A stretch of DNA of 64,000 bases from assembly GCA_020635035.1 (NCBI GenBank), contig JACKAO010000006.1, positions 238,807 through 302,806 of the forward strand. The letters run 5' to 3'. Below, piece after piece: positions 47,083 to 57,429 of this stretch. The notes beneath the pieces are model-generated. The model worked only from the letters and a program-made list of their open reading frames with translations. It made no database searches and was not told where the DNA came from. The DNA is from Calditrichia bacterium. Its GTDB lineage: Bacteria; Calditrichota; Calditrichia; Calditrichales; J004. Position numbers and translations under genes: made by a program. How positions within the stretch are numbered: position 1 is the first letter of the stretch; the number at the start of each line of letters is the position of its first letter.

Positions 47083-48348
47083 ATGAAACGTCTGTTATTC
47101 ATTATTGTACTTTTATTATTAACCGGTAATGTTTTCGCACAATCAAAGCCACTGCATCAGTATTTTAACAGCTGGAATCAAAATACGGAAGATGCTCCTT
47201 CTGTTGATGTCGATGTGGCAATGCAGCGTTTAGGGTTTGGTTATCCCTATGTTGAAGGGATGCTGAAATCTGTTGAAATTAATGGCTACTGGTATAAAGG
47301 AAATTATTACAGCACTTATGAGTTAGAAAAGTATGGTTTTGTTTTTCCGGTAAAAGCAAAAAGTCCTATCGCGAAAGTCACTTTTGATGCCGGTATCACC
47401 AATGTATTCATAGAACATACTTACGACAATCAATTTGATCTCTATACAAAAGTTAAAAGCTCAAGAGAAATACCCTTTAGTCAGGATGCGAAAGACAGAA
47501 TCAATCAATATGCGAAAGAAAATGACTTTGAAGGCGGCGGTGCAGCGGTCTGGGAAGAGTATGGTTATATAAGCGGTATAGAGATTATTGAAATTTCATC
47601 GCCAACATTCAGCGACATTAGATCTGCCATACGAGAATTACTAAAAGATAATGCAATCCAAAAGAAAAAAGAAGAAATTGCAGAAAAACGCGAGACAAAA
47701 GCACGTGATAAAAGAATTGCTAAACAGGTAGAACAACACAAAACCACTTTTGGTTATGCAATGGATTATTATAGTAAAGCAGTTGCAGCATACAATGCCG
47801 GTGAATATAGTTTAGCTAAAAGATATGTGGATCAGGGGTTAAGTATTGATCCTTCGAATCGTTATTTGAAAAGTTTATCTTACAAAGTAAATCAGGAAGC
47901 AGCAGTTCAAGGTTTTTCGAATGGAATGATGGCTTTATCCAATGAAGGTATCAGCGCCGGGTTTGTTTATAATAACTTAAGCGGCATTGGTCTGGTGTTT
48001 GGGTATCATACTGGTAATGATGACTTCACGGGATACAACCAGCCTGATGACTGGTCACTTCTTTTTTCAGCAGGACTTATTCCTGTTGGTGACGTGTCCG
48101 GATATCAAACATATTCTGCAATTTGGGGAATACCTTTTGAGATCGAGAACCCATTCAGTTTTATTCCCTTACCTTTAATCGTAGCTGATTATCTTGCTCC
48201 TTCTGTTGGCTTGTCTTATGTAACTCATGGCAAAAAAGAAGAAGTTGGTTACAGTATCGGTTTGCAGGATATTACAGGAAGTATTGGCTTTTATGGTCAA
48301 TACGACACTATTTCTGAATTTGAGTTTGGGTTTTTCGCAGCGTTCTAA
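47083..48348 (+). CDS. Secreted hypothetical protein with Lys/Glu-rich linker, TPR-like segment and Gly/aromatic-rich C-terminal region
   Basis: Signal peptide MKRLLFIIVLLLLTGNVFAQ. Charged helix KKKEEIAEKRETKARDKRIAKQ. TPR-like AAYNAGEYSLAKRYVDQGLSIDPSN. C-terminus FGFFAAF ends in Phe. No family recognised. Confidence 0.5.
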   Translation: MKRLLFIIVLLLLTGNVFAQSKPLHQYFNSWNQNTEDAPSVDVDVAMQRLGFGYPYVEGMLKSVEINGYWYKGNYYSTYELEKYGFVFPVKAKSPIAKVTFDAGITNVFIEHTYDNQFDLYTKVKSSREIPFSQDAKDRINQYAKENDFEGGGAAVWEEYGYISGIEIIEISSPTFSDIRSAIRELLKDNAIQKKKEEIAEKRETKARDKRIAKQVEQHKTTFGYAMDYYSKAVAAYNAGEYSLAKRYVDQGLSIDPSNRYLKSLSYKVNQEAAVQGFSNGMMALSNEGISAGFVYNNLSGIGLVFGYHTGNDDFTGYNQPDDWSLLFSAGLIPVGDVSGYQTYSAIWGIPFEIENPFSFIPLPLIVADYLAPSVGLSYVTHGKKEEVGYSIGLQDITGSIGFYGQYDTISEFEFGFFAAF

Positions 48349-48351
48349 AAC

Positions 48352-48383
48352 AAAAAAAAGGCCGCTCCTGATGGAGCAGCCTT
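48352..48383 (-). terminator. Rho-independent terminator downstream of gltD (possibly bidirectional)
   Basis: Minus strand has AAGGCTGCTCC-ATCA-GGAGCGGCCTT (one mismatch) followed by TTTTTTTT. It lies between the convergent genes. Confidence 0.75.
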
Positions 48384-48394
48384 TCAATCAGCAA

Positions 48395-49879
48395 TCAGGT
48401 GAGCTCCATTACGGAGATTAGTTGTGATGTGCTTTTTTGGGGAAGTAGTGAAACACCATTGTTTAAAAATTTGTCTACACTGACAGCGCATTCGCGGCCT
48501 TCTGAAATCGCCCAAACAACAAGAGATTGTCCGCGGCGTGCATCTCCGCAGCTAAATATACCGTCTAAAGAAGTTTGATAACTGCCTTCCGGGGCAGCAA
48601 TATTACCGCGCTGATCATAAGCCACTTTTAATTTGTCGAGCAATCCTTCATGCTGAGTATGTAAAAATCCCATCGCTAAAAGAACAAGGTCTGCTTTGTG
48701 TTCTTTTTCAGTGCCGGCAATTTCTTTAAAGGAACCGCCACTCCACTCAATATCTACAGTTTTAAGCGCCTTTAGATTTCCTTCTTTATCTTTTATAAAT
48801 TCTTTGGTTAAAACAGACCAGAAACGTTCACATCCTTCTTCGTGTGAAGATGTTTCTTTCAGGGTGCGTGCATATTGCGGCCAGGGCATGTTTTTGTCGC
48901 GTTCTTTGGGCGGCTTGGGCATAATCTCAAATTGTTTGATCGATGCGGCTCCGTGACGATTCGCCGTACCTATACAGTCCGAACCGGTATCCCCGCCACC
49001 GATAACAATAACATGTTTATCCTTTGCATCGATAAAATCACCGATAAAAGGGAAAGGTGTTTTCTTTCCCTGTACTTTTGCCGAGTTTCTGGCAAGGAAA
49101 TCCATGGCAAAATGAATACCGTTTGCATCACGTCCTGCGGCTGGTAAATCACGGGGAACGGTTGAGCCGGTTGCAAGAACAATAGCATGATAGTTATCGA
49201 GCAGTTCTTCTATTTCAACATCAACACCTACATTTTCGTTTACTCTGAATTCAATCCCTTCTTCCTGGAGAATTTCCAGCTTACGGTCAATAATCCATTT
49301 AGAAAGCTTGAAATCCGGAATGCCATAACGCAGCAAACCACCAATTGCGTTGGACCGTTCAAAAACAGTAACCCAGTGTCCTGCGCTGTTTAATTGGGCT
49401 GCTGCTGCCAATCCTGCGGGGCCGGATCCGATAACAGCAACACGCTTCTCTGTTCTCTGTTGCGGCGGCTGTGCTTTAACCAGGCCATTCTTATATGCAT
49501 ATTCAACAATGTTTTTTTCAATATTTTCGATAGTAACAGCAGGTTGGTTGATGCCCAAAACACAAGAATGTTCGCAGGGGGCAGGGCAGATACGGCCTGT
49601 AAATTCAGGGAAATTGTTTGTCGCGCTCAATATCTGGAAAGCATCGATCCAGTCATTATTATAAACAGCATCATTAAAATCGGGGATAAAATTACCTAAT
49701 GGACATCCCTGGTGGCAGAAGGGTGTTCCGCATCCCATACAGCGACTGGCCTGCGCCACAATTTTATCGCCAAACTCTTCATCTTTAATAAATTCATTAT
49801 AATGTTTTTTACGCTCGGCTGCAGGAACATTATCCGGCAGTTCACGCTTATGTTCCAGAAAACCTCCTGGTTTACCCAT
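48395..49879 (-). CDS. gltD: Glutamate synthase (NADPH) small subunit
   Basis: Cys clusters CMGCGTPFC and CPAPCEHSC. Rossmann motif VAVIGSGPAGLAAA. 8-nt overlap with gltB. Confidence 0.95.
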   Translation of the reverse strand: MGKPGGFLEHKRELPDNVPAAERKKHYNEFIKDEEFGDKIVAQASRCMGCGTPFCHQGCPLGNFIPDFNDAVYNNDWIDAFQILSATNNFPEFTGRICPAPCEHSCVLGINQPAVTIENIEKNIVEYAYKNGLVKAQPPQQRTEKRVAVIGSGPAGLAAAAQLNSAGHWVTVFERSNAIGGLLRYGIPDFKLSKWIIDRKLEILQEEGIEFRVNENVGVDVEIEELLDNYHAIVLATGSTVPRDLPAAGRDANGIHFAMDFLARNSAKVQGKKTPFPFIGDFIDAKDKHVIVIGGGDTGSDCIGTANRHGAASIKQFEIMPKPPKERDKNMPWPQYARTLKETSSHEEGCERFWSVLTKEFIKDKEGNLKALKTVDIEWSGGSFKEIAGTEKEHKADLVLLAMGFLHTQHEGLLDKLKVAYDQRGNIAAPEGSYQTSLDGIFSCGDARRGQSLVVWAISEGRECAVSVDKFLNNGVSLLPQKSTSQLISVMELT

Positions 49880-52800
49880 TAGCTACCTCCCGGGTTACAA
49901 ATGGAGTGAAGCTGTCTTTTTCATCAGCTCTGTTCTGCAGGACGTTTTTAAATTCCCGCGGAAATACTTTGATGAATTTGAACGACTCTTCCCGCCATTT
50001 TTTAATAATTTTTGCAGCAATATCAGACTGAGTATACTCTGTATGTTTTTGAAGCATTTCTTTTAAAATATCAAAATCTTTATCAAGCAATGGGTCAAGA
50101 TCAACCATTTCCTGGTTACAGTTCTCGTTCAATTGTTTTTCAGGATCGTATACATAAGCAATACCACCGCTCATTCCTGCTGCAAAGTTTTTACCTGTTT
50201 TTCCAAGAATCACGGCATAACCTCCGGTCATATATTCACAACCATGATCACCAACTCCTTCTACAACTACCTTTGCTCCGGAATTCCTTACACAGAATCG
50301 TTCACCGGCCATACCACGAATGTAGGCTTCTCCGGCGGTTGCACCGTAAAATGCAACATTACCGATAATAATATTTTCACTCGGGGTAAAAGTGGATTCT
50401 TTCGGCGGGTAAACAATCAGTTTTCCACCGGACAGGCTTTTCCCGAAATAGTCATTAGCATCACCTTCAAGCTCAAATTTTACACCAGGTGCCAGGAACG
50501 CTCCGAAAGACTGACCGGCCGTTCCGTTGAATAATGCGTGGATACTGTCTTCAGGTAATCCATCCTGTTTAAAAACCTTTGAGATTTCATTGGAGAGCAG
50601 GGCACCCACCGTCCGATCTGTGTTTTTAATACGAAGTTTGGTTATAATTTTTTCGCCACTATCAAAAACGCGTCTTGTTTCTGTGAGAATCTGCCAGTCT
50701 AATTGCTTGGCAATGCGGTGATCTTGTGTTTTGGTTTTAAATAAGCCATGTTCAGCTCCATCTTCTTCTTTTAAAAAGATAGCTGATAAATCAAGATTTT
50801 TATGTTTCCAGTAATCAATTCCTTCACGGGTTTGCAGACATTGTACCTGACCGACCATTTCATTTATTGTCCGGAATCCTAATTCAGCCATAATTTCACG
50901 TAATCCCTGTGCCATAAAGGTGAAAAAGTTTATAACATGTTCCACTTTTCCGTTAAAACGTTTTCGCAATTCAGGATTCTGGGTAGCGATGCCCACTGAA
51001 CAGGTATTCTGATGACATTGTCTTAAAAGAATACAACCCTGGACAACAAGGGCTGCAGTAGCAACGCCCCATTCTTCAGCGCCAAGCAGGGTAGCAATTG
51101 CGAGATCACGCGGAGTTTTAATCTGGCCGTCTGTTTGGACTGTAATGCGGTTGCGTAACTTGTTTTTAACAAGTGTCTGTTGCGTTTCTGCAAGGCCGAG
51201 CTCCCATGGCAAACCGGCATGACGGATGGAACTAAGGGGTGATGCGCCTGTTCCGCCATCGTGCCCTGAAATTAATACAACGTCTGCTTTCGCTTTACAA
51301 ACACCTGCAGCTACTGTTCCTACACCTGCTTCAGAAACGAGTTTTACATTGATTCTGGCTTCACGGTTTGCTGATTTTAAGTCATGAATAAGCTGGGCCA
51401 GATCTTCAATTGAATAAATATCATGATGCGGCGGTGGTGATATAAGACCTACACCCGGAGTCGAATTACGTACACGGGCAATCCAGCTGTCAACTTTATG
51501 TCCGGGTAATTGACCACCTTCACCCGGCTTTGCACCCTGTGCCATTTTAATCTGAATTTCATCACAATTTGTAAGATAGTAACTGCTTACACCAAACCGT
51601 GCCGATGCCACCTGCTTGATGGCAGAACGACGGAGATCGCCATTTTCATCTTTTTCATAGCGTATGGGATCTTCGCCTCCTTCGCCGGAATTGGATTTAC
51701 CACCAATACGATTCATGGCGATGGCAAGAGTAGTATGCGCTTCCCAGGAAATGGAACCAAATGACATAGCCCCTGTTGCAAACCGTTTAAATATGTTTTC
51801 AATAGGTTCTACTTCTTCAATGGGAACCGCAGGACGATCGGGATTGAATGCAAATAAACCGCGTAATGTATAAGCACGTCTGCTTTGATCATCTACCAGG
51901 TTGGCATACTGTTTAAATTCCTGGTAGTCATTGTTTCGTGTCGAGTTTTGCAAATGATGAATTGTATCCGGATTGAATAAATGATATTCACCATTTGATT
52001 TCCACTGATAAACACCACCTGCATCGAGCCGGCGAACATTAACCGGTCTTCCCGGGAATCCTACACGATGACGAATGAGAGTTTCACGTGCTATTTCATC
52101 AAGCCCGATACCCTCAATGCGTGATACTGTTCCTGGGAAATATTTATCAATAACTTCTGAATTTATTCCGATGGCTTCAAATATCTGTGCACCCTGATAC
52201 GATTGCAATGTTGAGATACCCATCTTAGAGAATATTTTAAGCAGGCCTTTACAGATGGCATAAATGTACTTTTGTTCAATTTCTTCATTGCTAAGCAAGC
52301 GGTCGATCTGACCCTGATCGCGTAAATCTATCAGGGTTTCAATTGCCATATAAGGGTTGACTGCAGAAGCACCATATCCAAGTACAGTAGCAAAATGGTG
52401 TGTCTCACGAATATCACCGGCTTCGACAATAATATCAGCCTTTCCGCGCAAACCTTTGCTGATCAATTTATGATGAATAGTCGATACAGCAAGGAGTGAT
52501 GGAATAGCAGCGTGGTCACTATCCACACCACGATCGCTAAGTACAATGATGGAAAAACCGTCTTCAATAGCGTCTACAGCATATCGGGCGATCTTATCAA
52601 GGGCTCTTTCCAGGCGGCCGGGTAATCCATCTGCCCTAAAAATCATATCAATTGTTTTATTTTGAAAGTGATCATGATCCACATAGCGGATCTTTGTTAA
52701 TTGCCGGTTTGTAAGAACGGGGTAAATCAATTCAATCTTATGGCAGTGGTCAGGTGTTTCTTCTAATAAATTCTTTGAATCACCGGCATAAGTCTGCAGT

Positions 52801-54422
52801 GCCATTACCAACCGCTCACGAATTGCATCTATAGGCGGATTGGTTACCTGGGCAAATAATTGTTTAAAATAATGTGAGATATGCTGCGATTGATGCGACA
52901 ATACAGCCAGGGGCGTATCATTACCCATAGACCCGATGGCTTCCTGCCCGGTCTGGATCATTTTTTTGAGCACAACCCGCACATCTTCTGTGCTGTATCC
53001 AAAAACCTGTTGTCTTCTTATCAGATTGCTGTGTGTCGGTTGCTGGATATATTCTTCCGGATCCGGTAAATCATCGATTACAATTTTATTCTGTTCAAGC
53101 CATTCTTTATAAGGTTTCTGAGTGCAAATTTTTCGTTTCAGCTCGTCGTCACTGATAATTCGTCCCTGCTCAATATCGGCGATAAACATTTTTCCGGGTT
53201 GGAGACGACCTTTTTCAGCAACATTCGCAGGATCAATTTCCAGTATCCCGGTTTCCGATCCCATAACCAGAAGATTGTCTTTGGTCAGTAAATAACGTGA
53301 AGGCCTTAAACCATTCCGGTCAAGTGTCGCTCCGACGATCTTTCCATCAGTAAAACAGATTGAAGCAGGACCGTCCCATGGTTCCATAATGCAGGCATTG
53401 TATTCATAGAATGCCCGTTTATGTTCTTCCATCTTTTTGTTTTCCTGCCATGCTTCAGGAATAAGCATCATCATCACGTGCGGCAGGCTGCGGCCGCTCA
53501 GGGTAAGAAGTTCGATGACCATGTCCAGATTGGCTGAGTCAGAAGCACGCGGATCACAAACAGGCAGCAACATGTTCATTTCTTCATCTGAGAAGAATTC
53601 AGATTTAAATAGATTCTCTCTCGATTTCATCCAGTTAAGATTTCCGCGGAGCGTATTAATCTCGCCATTGTGGGCGATATATCTGAAAGGCTGTGCCAAT
53701 TTCCAGGCCGGAAAAGTATTTGTTGAAAACCTGGAATGAATCAGGGCAATAGCGCTTTCAATCTCAGGATTCTGTAAATCAAGATAGTATTTCTTTAGTT
53801 GCCGGGTTGTTAACTGTCCCTTATATATTAAGGTTTTCGATGAAAGTGAAACTATATAGAACTGGTCATTTAATTCTGGTAGTTCCTGATTAATTACCCG
53901 ATTAGAATAGCGGCGGGCAACAAACATTTTACGCTCAAATACTTCATTACTCATGCTCTCAGGACGTGGAATAACAAAATGTTCTACCGACGGCTCCATG
54001 GTTTTGGATGCTTCACCCAATTCAAAATTATCAGTAGGAACCTTGCGATAATATATAATGTCTAAGTCAAGCTTTTTGACGTAGTCTTCCAGCAGAGTAC
54101 GGCATTTTTGTTTCAGCTGGGCATTCTTAGGGAAAAAGACAACTCCGATGCCGTAATTTCCCGGATCCGCTAATGTAATGCCTTTCTGTTCGCACAAACC
54201 TGCAAAGAAATTATGTGGAATCTGCATAAGAATACCAGCGCCGTCACCGGAGTTTTTATCAAACCCGGTTCCGCCCCTGTGCTCCATACATTCCAGCATA
54301 TGTAATGCATCTGAAACTATTTTATTACTTTTTGTACCATTCAAGTCCGCTATAAAGCCGATACCACAGCTGTCATGCTCAAGCGAACTATTATATAAAC
54401 CACGCTTTTTATGATTTCCCAT
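49872..54422 (-). CDS. gltB: Glutamate synthase large subunit
   Basis: 1516 aa. N-terminal Ntn-amidotransferase Cys in EHDSCGIGF. Central FMN domain. C-terminal GXGXG beta-helix region (GDHGCEYMTGG). Confidence 0.97.
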   Translation of the reverse strand: MGNHKKRGLYNSSLEHDSCGIGFIADLNGTKSNKIVSDALHMLECMEHRGGTGFDKNSGDGAGILMQIPHNFFAGLCEQKGITLADPGNYGIGVVFFPKNAQLKQKCRTLLEDYVKKLDLDIIYYRKVPTDNFELGEASKTMEPSVEHFVIPRPESMSNEVFERKMFVARRYSNRVINQELPELNDQFYIVSLSSKTLIYKGQLTTRQLKKYYLDLQNPEIESAIALIHSRFSTNTFPAWKLAQPFRYIAHNGEINTLRGNLNWMKSRENLFKSEFFSDEEMNMLLPVCDPRASDSANLDMVIELLTLSGRSLPHVMMMLIPEAWQENKKMEEHKRAFYEYNACIMEPWDGPASICFTDGKIVGATLDRNGLRPSRYLLTKDNLLVMGSETGILEIDPANVAEKGRLQPGKMFIADIEQGRIISDDELKRKICTQKPYKEWLEQNKIVIDDLPDPEEYIQQPTHSNLIRRQQVFGYSTEDVRVVLKKMIQTGQEAIGSMGNDTPLAVLSHQSQHISHYFKQLFAQVTNPPIDAIRERLVMALQTYAGDSKNLLEETPDHCHKIELIYPVLTNRQLTKIRYVDHDHFQNKTIDMIFRADGLPGRLERALDKIARYAVDAIEDGFSIIVLSDRGVDSDHAAIPSLLAVSTIHHKLISKGLRGKADIIVEAGDIRETHHFATVLGYGASAVNPYMAIETLIDLRDQGQIDRLLSNEEIEQKYIYAICKGLLKIFSKMGISTLQSYQGAQIFEAIGINSEVIDKYFPGTVSRIEGIGLDEIARETLIRHRVGFPGRPVNVRRLDAGGVYQWKSNGEYHLFNPDTIHHLQNSTRNNDYQEFKQYANLVDDQSRRAYTLRGLFAFNPDRPAVPIEEVEPIENIFKRFATGAMSFGSISWEAHTTLAIAMNRIGGKSNSGEGGEDPIRYEKDENGDLRRSAIKQVASARFGVSSYYLTNCDEIQIKMAQGAKPGEGGQLPGHKVDSWIARVRNSTPGVGLISPPPHHDIYSIEDLAQLIHDLKSANREARINVKLVSEAGVGTVAAGVCKAKADVVLISGHDGGTGASPLSSIRHAGLPWELGLAETQQTLVKNKLRNRITVQTDGQIKTPRDLAIATLLGAEEWGVATAALVVQGCILLRQCHQNTCSVGIATQNPELRKRFNGKVEHVINFFTFMAQGLREIMAELGFRTINEMVGQVQCLQTREGIDYWKHKNLDLSAIFLKEEDGAEHGLFKTKTQDHRIAKQLDWQILTETRRVFDSGEKIITKLRIKNTDRTVGALLSNEISKVFKQDGLPEDSIHALFNGTAGQSFGAFLAPGVKFELEGDANDYFGKSLSGGKLIVYPPKESTFTPSENIIIGNVAFYGATAGEAYIRGMAGERFCVRNSGAKVVVEGVGDHGCEYMTGGYAVILGKTGKNFAAGMSGGIAYVYDPEKQLNENCNQEMVDLDPLLDKDFDILKEMLQKHTEYTQSDIAAKIIKKWREESFKFIKVFPREFKNVLQNRADEKDSFTPFVTREVANG

Positions 54423-54849
54423 TGTAATTTCCGAGAAAATTTAAAAAATAAAGTTTTTTCTATGTAATTCTTTAATAATAAAGTTGCTGATTGATAAAAA
54501 CAATTTTTAAGAAAGATAAAGAAAACTTTCGCTAAATAATTGTTATCTAAAAGTCTTTGCAACATAAAAAAAGAAAGCCGGGATTGCAATAGACCTAAAA
54601 AAATAAATTATTTATTTGACACGAAAAAAAATATTATTTATTATCAGCTCGCATTCAATAAAAAAAATAAAGTAAAAATATAAAAATAATTAAATAAATA
54701 AAGAATAGATATGAAAGTTTGTAAAAAATGAAAAAATCAGGAGGCCATATGCAGACACAATTTTTTTAGTTCATTTTCATTGTTGCTTATGCGCAACAAC
54801 ACAGACGTTTTTTATAATTATTAAAGTTAAATACTTAGGGAGGTTAAAG

Positions 54850-55530
54850 ATGTTAAAGAAAATTTCAGTTAAAAATATAACTTTGGTAGCCGTTGTGTTT
54901 GCCATGATGAGTAGTCCGCTGTTTGCGCAATTCGATATTGGAGCAGATGTTGTATCCAGATATGTATGGCGCGGGTGGGATTTTGGTAATTCCGCAGCGG
55001 TTCAGCCTGCCTTAACATACGGTACCGAGCTTGCCGGTGGTGCACTAGAAATTGGGGCCTGGGGTAGTTTTGCATTAACCAGCGGTGCAGCAAATGAAAA
55101 TGATCTTTATGTAAGTTATTCTACGGGTCCGGTAACAGTGGTGGTTACCGATTATTATTTTCCGGGTTACACAGGAGCAGATAAATTTGGTAATTATGGC
55201 GAAAATGGCGGACACATTCTTGAAGCAGGTGCCGGTTTTTCCGCAGGTATTTTCTCTTTAATGGGTTTTTATAACTTCTCAGGTTTTGACAGTGAGAATT
55301 CTGCCTACGTTGAACTGGGTGTAACTCCTCCTTATGAAGTAGAAGGTATAGAACTTGGACTTTTTGTTGGGGCAGGTAATGGAGTTTATGATTTTGTGGC
55401 AGCCGGTGAATCTCCTGAATTTGTTTTAACAAATGTAGGTCTGAGTGTAAGTAAAGATAATTATTCTGCAAGCTATATCGTTAATCCTGATCAGGAAACA
55501 TCTTTCCTGGTGTTCGGAATAAGTCTTTAG
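54850..55530 (+). CDS. Small outer-membrane beta-barrel protein (TorF/Gcw_chp-like, tentative) upstream of amt
   Basis: Signal peptide ending FAQ. N-terminal GADVVSRYVWRGWDFG resembles the TorF-family signature. Alternating strands and a C-terminal aromatic-rich strand. RBS GGGAGG. Confidence 0.5.
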   Translation: MLKKISVKNITLVAVVFAMMSSPLFAQFDIGADVVSRYVWRGWDFGNSAAVQPALTYGTELAGGALEIGAWGSFALTSGAANENDLYVSYSTGPVTVVVTDYYFPGYTGADKFGNYGENGGHILEAGAGFSAGIFSLMGFYNFSGFDSENSAYVELGVTPPYEVEGIELGLFVGAGNGVYDFVAAGESPEFVLTNVGLSVSKDNYSASYIVNPDQETSFLVFGISL

Positions 55531-55571
55531 TTAACGTATAAATTTTAGTCCTTCAAAGGAGAGAAAAAATC

Positions 55572-56864
55572 ATGAAATTTCGAATGTATTTAACATTTAT
55601 TTTGGTTCTGCTGATAGGCGGTTTTGCATTTGCCGATGTTGATCCGGTAGCTGAAAATGCTTATGCAATTGATAATTTCTTCCTGTTCATTGCGGCGGTG
55701 CTTGTTCTTTTTATGCAGGCTGGATTTGCGATGGTGGAAGCAGGTCTTAACAGCGCAAAGAATACAGTTAATATTCTCTTTAAAAATTTAATGGATTTGT
55801 GTATTGGAGGTTTACTGTACTTTGTCGTTGGATATAGCCTTATGTATGGCGACGATCTTTTAGGTGGTTTTTTCGGATTTGCCGGTTTCGGAATCAGTTC
55901 AGCAGCACCGGATGCAGCCGCAGGAGCATTGCACCCGCAAGTTGACTGGCTTTTCCAGGTGGCTTTTGCTGCAACAGCTGCAACCATCGTATCCGGATCT
56001 GTAGCTGGTCGTATGAAGTTTGTATCTTACCTTATATACTCTGCTTTTATCACAGGTCTTGTTTATCCGATCAGCGGCTTCTGGAAATGGGGTGGAGGCT
56101 GGTTAGATCAGATAGGGTTTTATGACTTTGCCGGATCACTTGTCGTTCATGCAGTTGGTGGTTTTGCCGGCTTAGCAGGAGCAATAGTTCTTGGTCCAAG
56201 AATTGGTCGATTTGATGGAAAGCCAAAAGCAATGCCAGGTCATAATTTATCACTTGCTGCTCTTGGTGTATTTGTATTATGGGTAGGTTGGTATGGTTTC
56301 AATCCGGGTAGTCAATTGGCTATTGTCGGTGCTGATAATACCGCGGCAGTAATGTTAATTGCAGTGAATACTTCACTTGCAGCGATGGCTGGTGGTGTTG
56401 TAGCAATGATTACTGCCTGGATAATGTTTAAAAAACCTGATTTAACTATGGCACTCAACGGTGTACTGGCCGGTCTTGTGGGTATAACAGCTAATTGTGA
56501 TTCTGTTACAAATGGTGAAGCTATTGTTATTGGTGTTGTTGCAGGTATTATTGTGGTCTTTGGTATCAAGCTTCTTGATAAATTGAAGATTGATGATCCT
56601 GTGGGTGCTTTTCCTGTGCACGGGCTGGCTGGTGTTTGGGGTGGTTTAGCTACATGGATTTTTGGTGGACACCCGATGGTTGCCCAGATTGTCGGGTCAT
56701 TGGTAATACCGGTATGGGCATTCGCAACTTGTTTTGTTTTATTTTCAGTATTGAAAGCAGCCGGAATCCTGCGTGTAAGCGCTGAAGATGAATTACGGGG
56801 TCTCGATATTTCTGAACACGGTGAAGAAGCTTATAACGGCTTCCAGTTCTTTACAACCCAATAA
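55572..56864 (+). CDS. amtB: Ammonium transporter (Amt family)
   Basis: Signatures AGFAMVEAG and DFAGSLVVHAVGG. 11-12 TM segments. Confidence 0.95.
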   Translation: MKFRMYLTFILVLLIGGFAFADVDPVAENAYAIDNFFLFIAAVLVLFMQAGFAMVEAGLNSAKNTVNILFKNLMDLCIGGLLYFVVGYSLMYGDDLLGGFFGFAGFGISSAAPDAAAGALHPQVDWLFQVAFAATAATIVSGSVAGRMKFVSYLIYSAFITGLVYPISGFWKWGGGWLDQIGFYDFAGSLVVHAVGGFAGLAGAIVLGPRIGRFDGKPKAMPGHNLSLAALGVFVLWVGWYGFNPGSQLAIVGADNTAAVMLIAVNTSLAAMAGGVVAMITAWIMFKKPDLTMALNGVLAGLVGITANCDSVTNGEAIVIGVVAGIIVVFGIKLLDKLKIDDPVGAFPVHGLAGVWGGLATWIFGGHPMVAQIVGSLVIPVWAFATCFVLFSVLKAAGILRVSAEDELRGLDISEHGEEAYNGFQFFTTQ

Positions 56865-56912
56865 AGACTTATCTTTCTGAAACAATAAAATGAACCAAAA
56901 AGGAAAATCCAA

Positions 56913-57254
56913 ATGAAACTTATTATAGCATATATACAGCCGGAGCGTTTAAACGCTGTTAAACAAGTGCTTTACGAAAAAGAGATCTATAAAATATCTG
57001 TAACAAATGCCCTTGGATGTGGTCAGCAAAAAGGCTTTCATGAAACTTATCGCGGGGTTGATATCGAAGTTAATCTGCTTAAAAAAATCCGTATAGAAAT
57101 AGCAGTTAACGAAGACTATGTTAAGCCAACAATTGATGCAATTATTGAAGGAGCGCGTACAGGAAACATCGGCGATGGTAAAATCTTTGTCATGGATCTG
57201 GCAGATTGTATCAGGATTAGAACCGGTGAAACAGGCAAAGAAGCAATAGGATAA
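56913..57254 (+). CDS. glnK: PII nitrogen regulatory protein
   Basis: 113 aa. T-loop [12 protein letters not shown] with the conserved Tyr. C-terminal RIRTGE.G. Located immediately downstream of amt. Confidence 0.9.
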   Translation: MKLIIAYIQPERLNAVKQVLYEKEIYKISVTNALGCGQQKGFHETYRGVDIEVNLLKKIRIEIAVNEDYVKPTIDAIIEGARTGNIGDGKIFVMDLADCIRIRTGETGKEAIG

Positions 57255-57271
57255 ATGCAAACCCTGAAACC

Positions 57272-57326
57272 GGGATAAATTCGCTGTTAATACGGGCTTT
57301 ATAACAGTGGGTTTATCCCTTTTTTG
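57272..57326 (+). terminator. Probable terminator after the PII gene
   Basis: Outer stem GGGATAAA/TTTATCCC encloses an inner stem CTGTTA/TAACAG, followed by TTTTTTG. Confidence 0.55.
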
Positions 57327-57429
57327 TGCTTGGTACGTAGTTTATACTGAAAAAAATTAATAAAATATTGATTTACTCTTAATTTTTTTTTAAATACGGC
57401 GTCGAATAATTGAATTATTTAAGGTGCAA

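Noticed and set aside
54350-54589. 79-aa minus-strand ORF spanning the gltB start region
   Set aside because: It is out of frame with gltB and extends into AT-rich promoter DNA. It has no motifs and is probably spurious.
57331-57346. TGGTACG-N4-TTTAT resembling a sigma54 -24 element upstream of Lrp/AsnC-1 and glnN
   Set aside because: There is no GC at the -12 position, so the match is limited to the -24 half-site. That is insufficient for a call.
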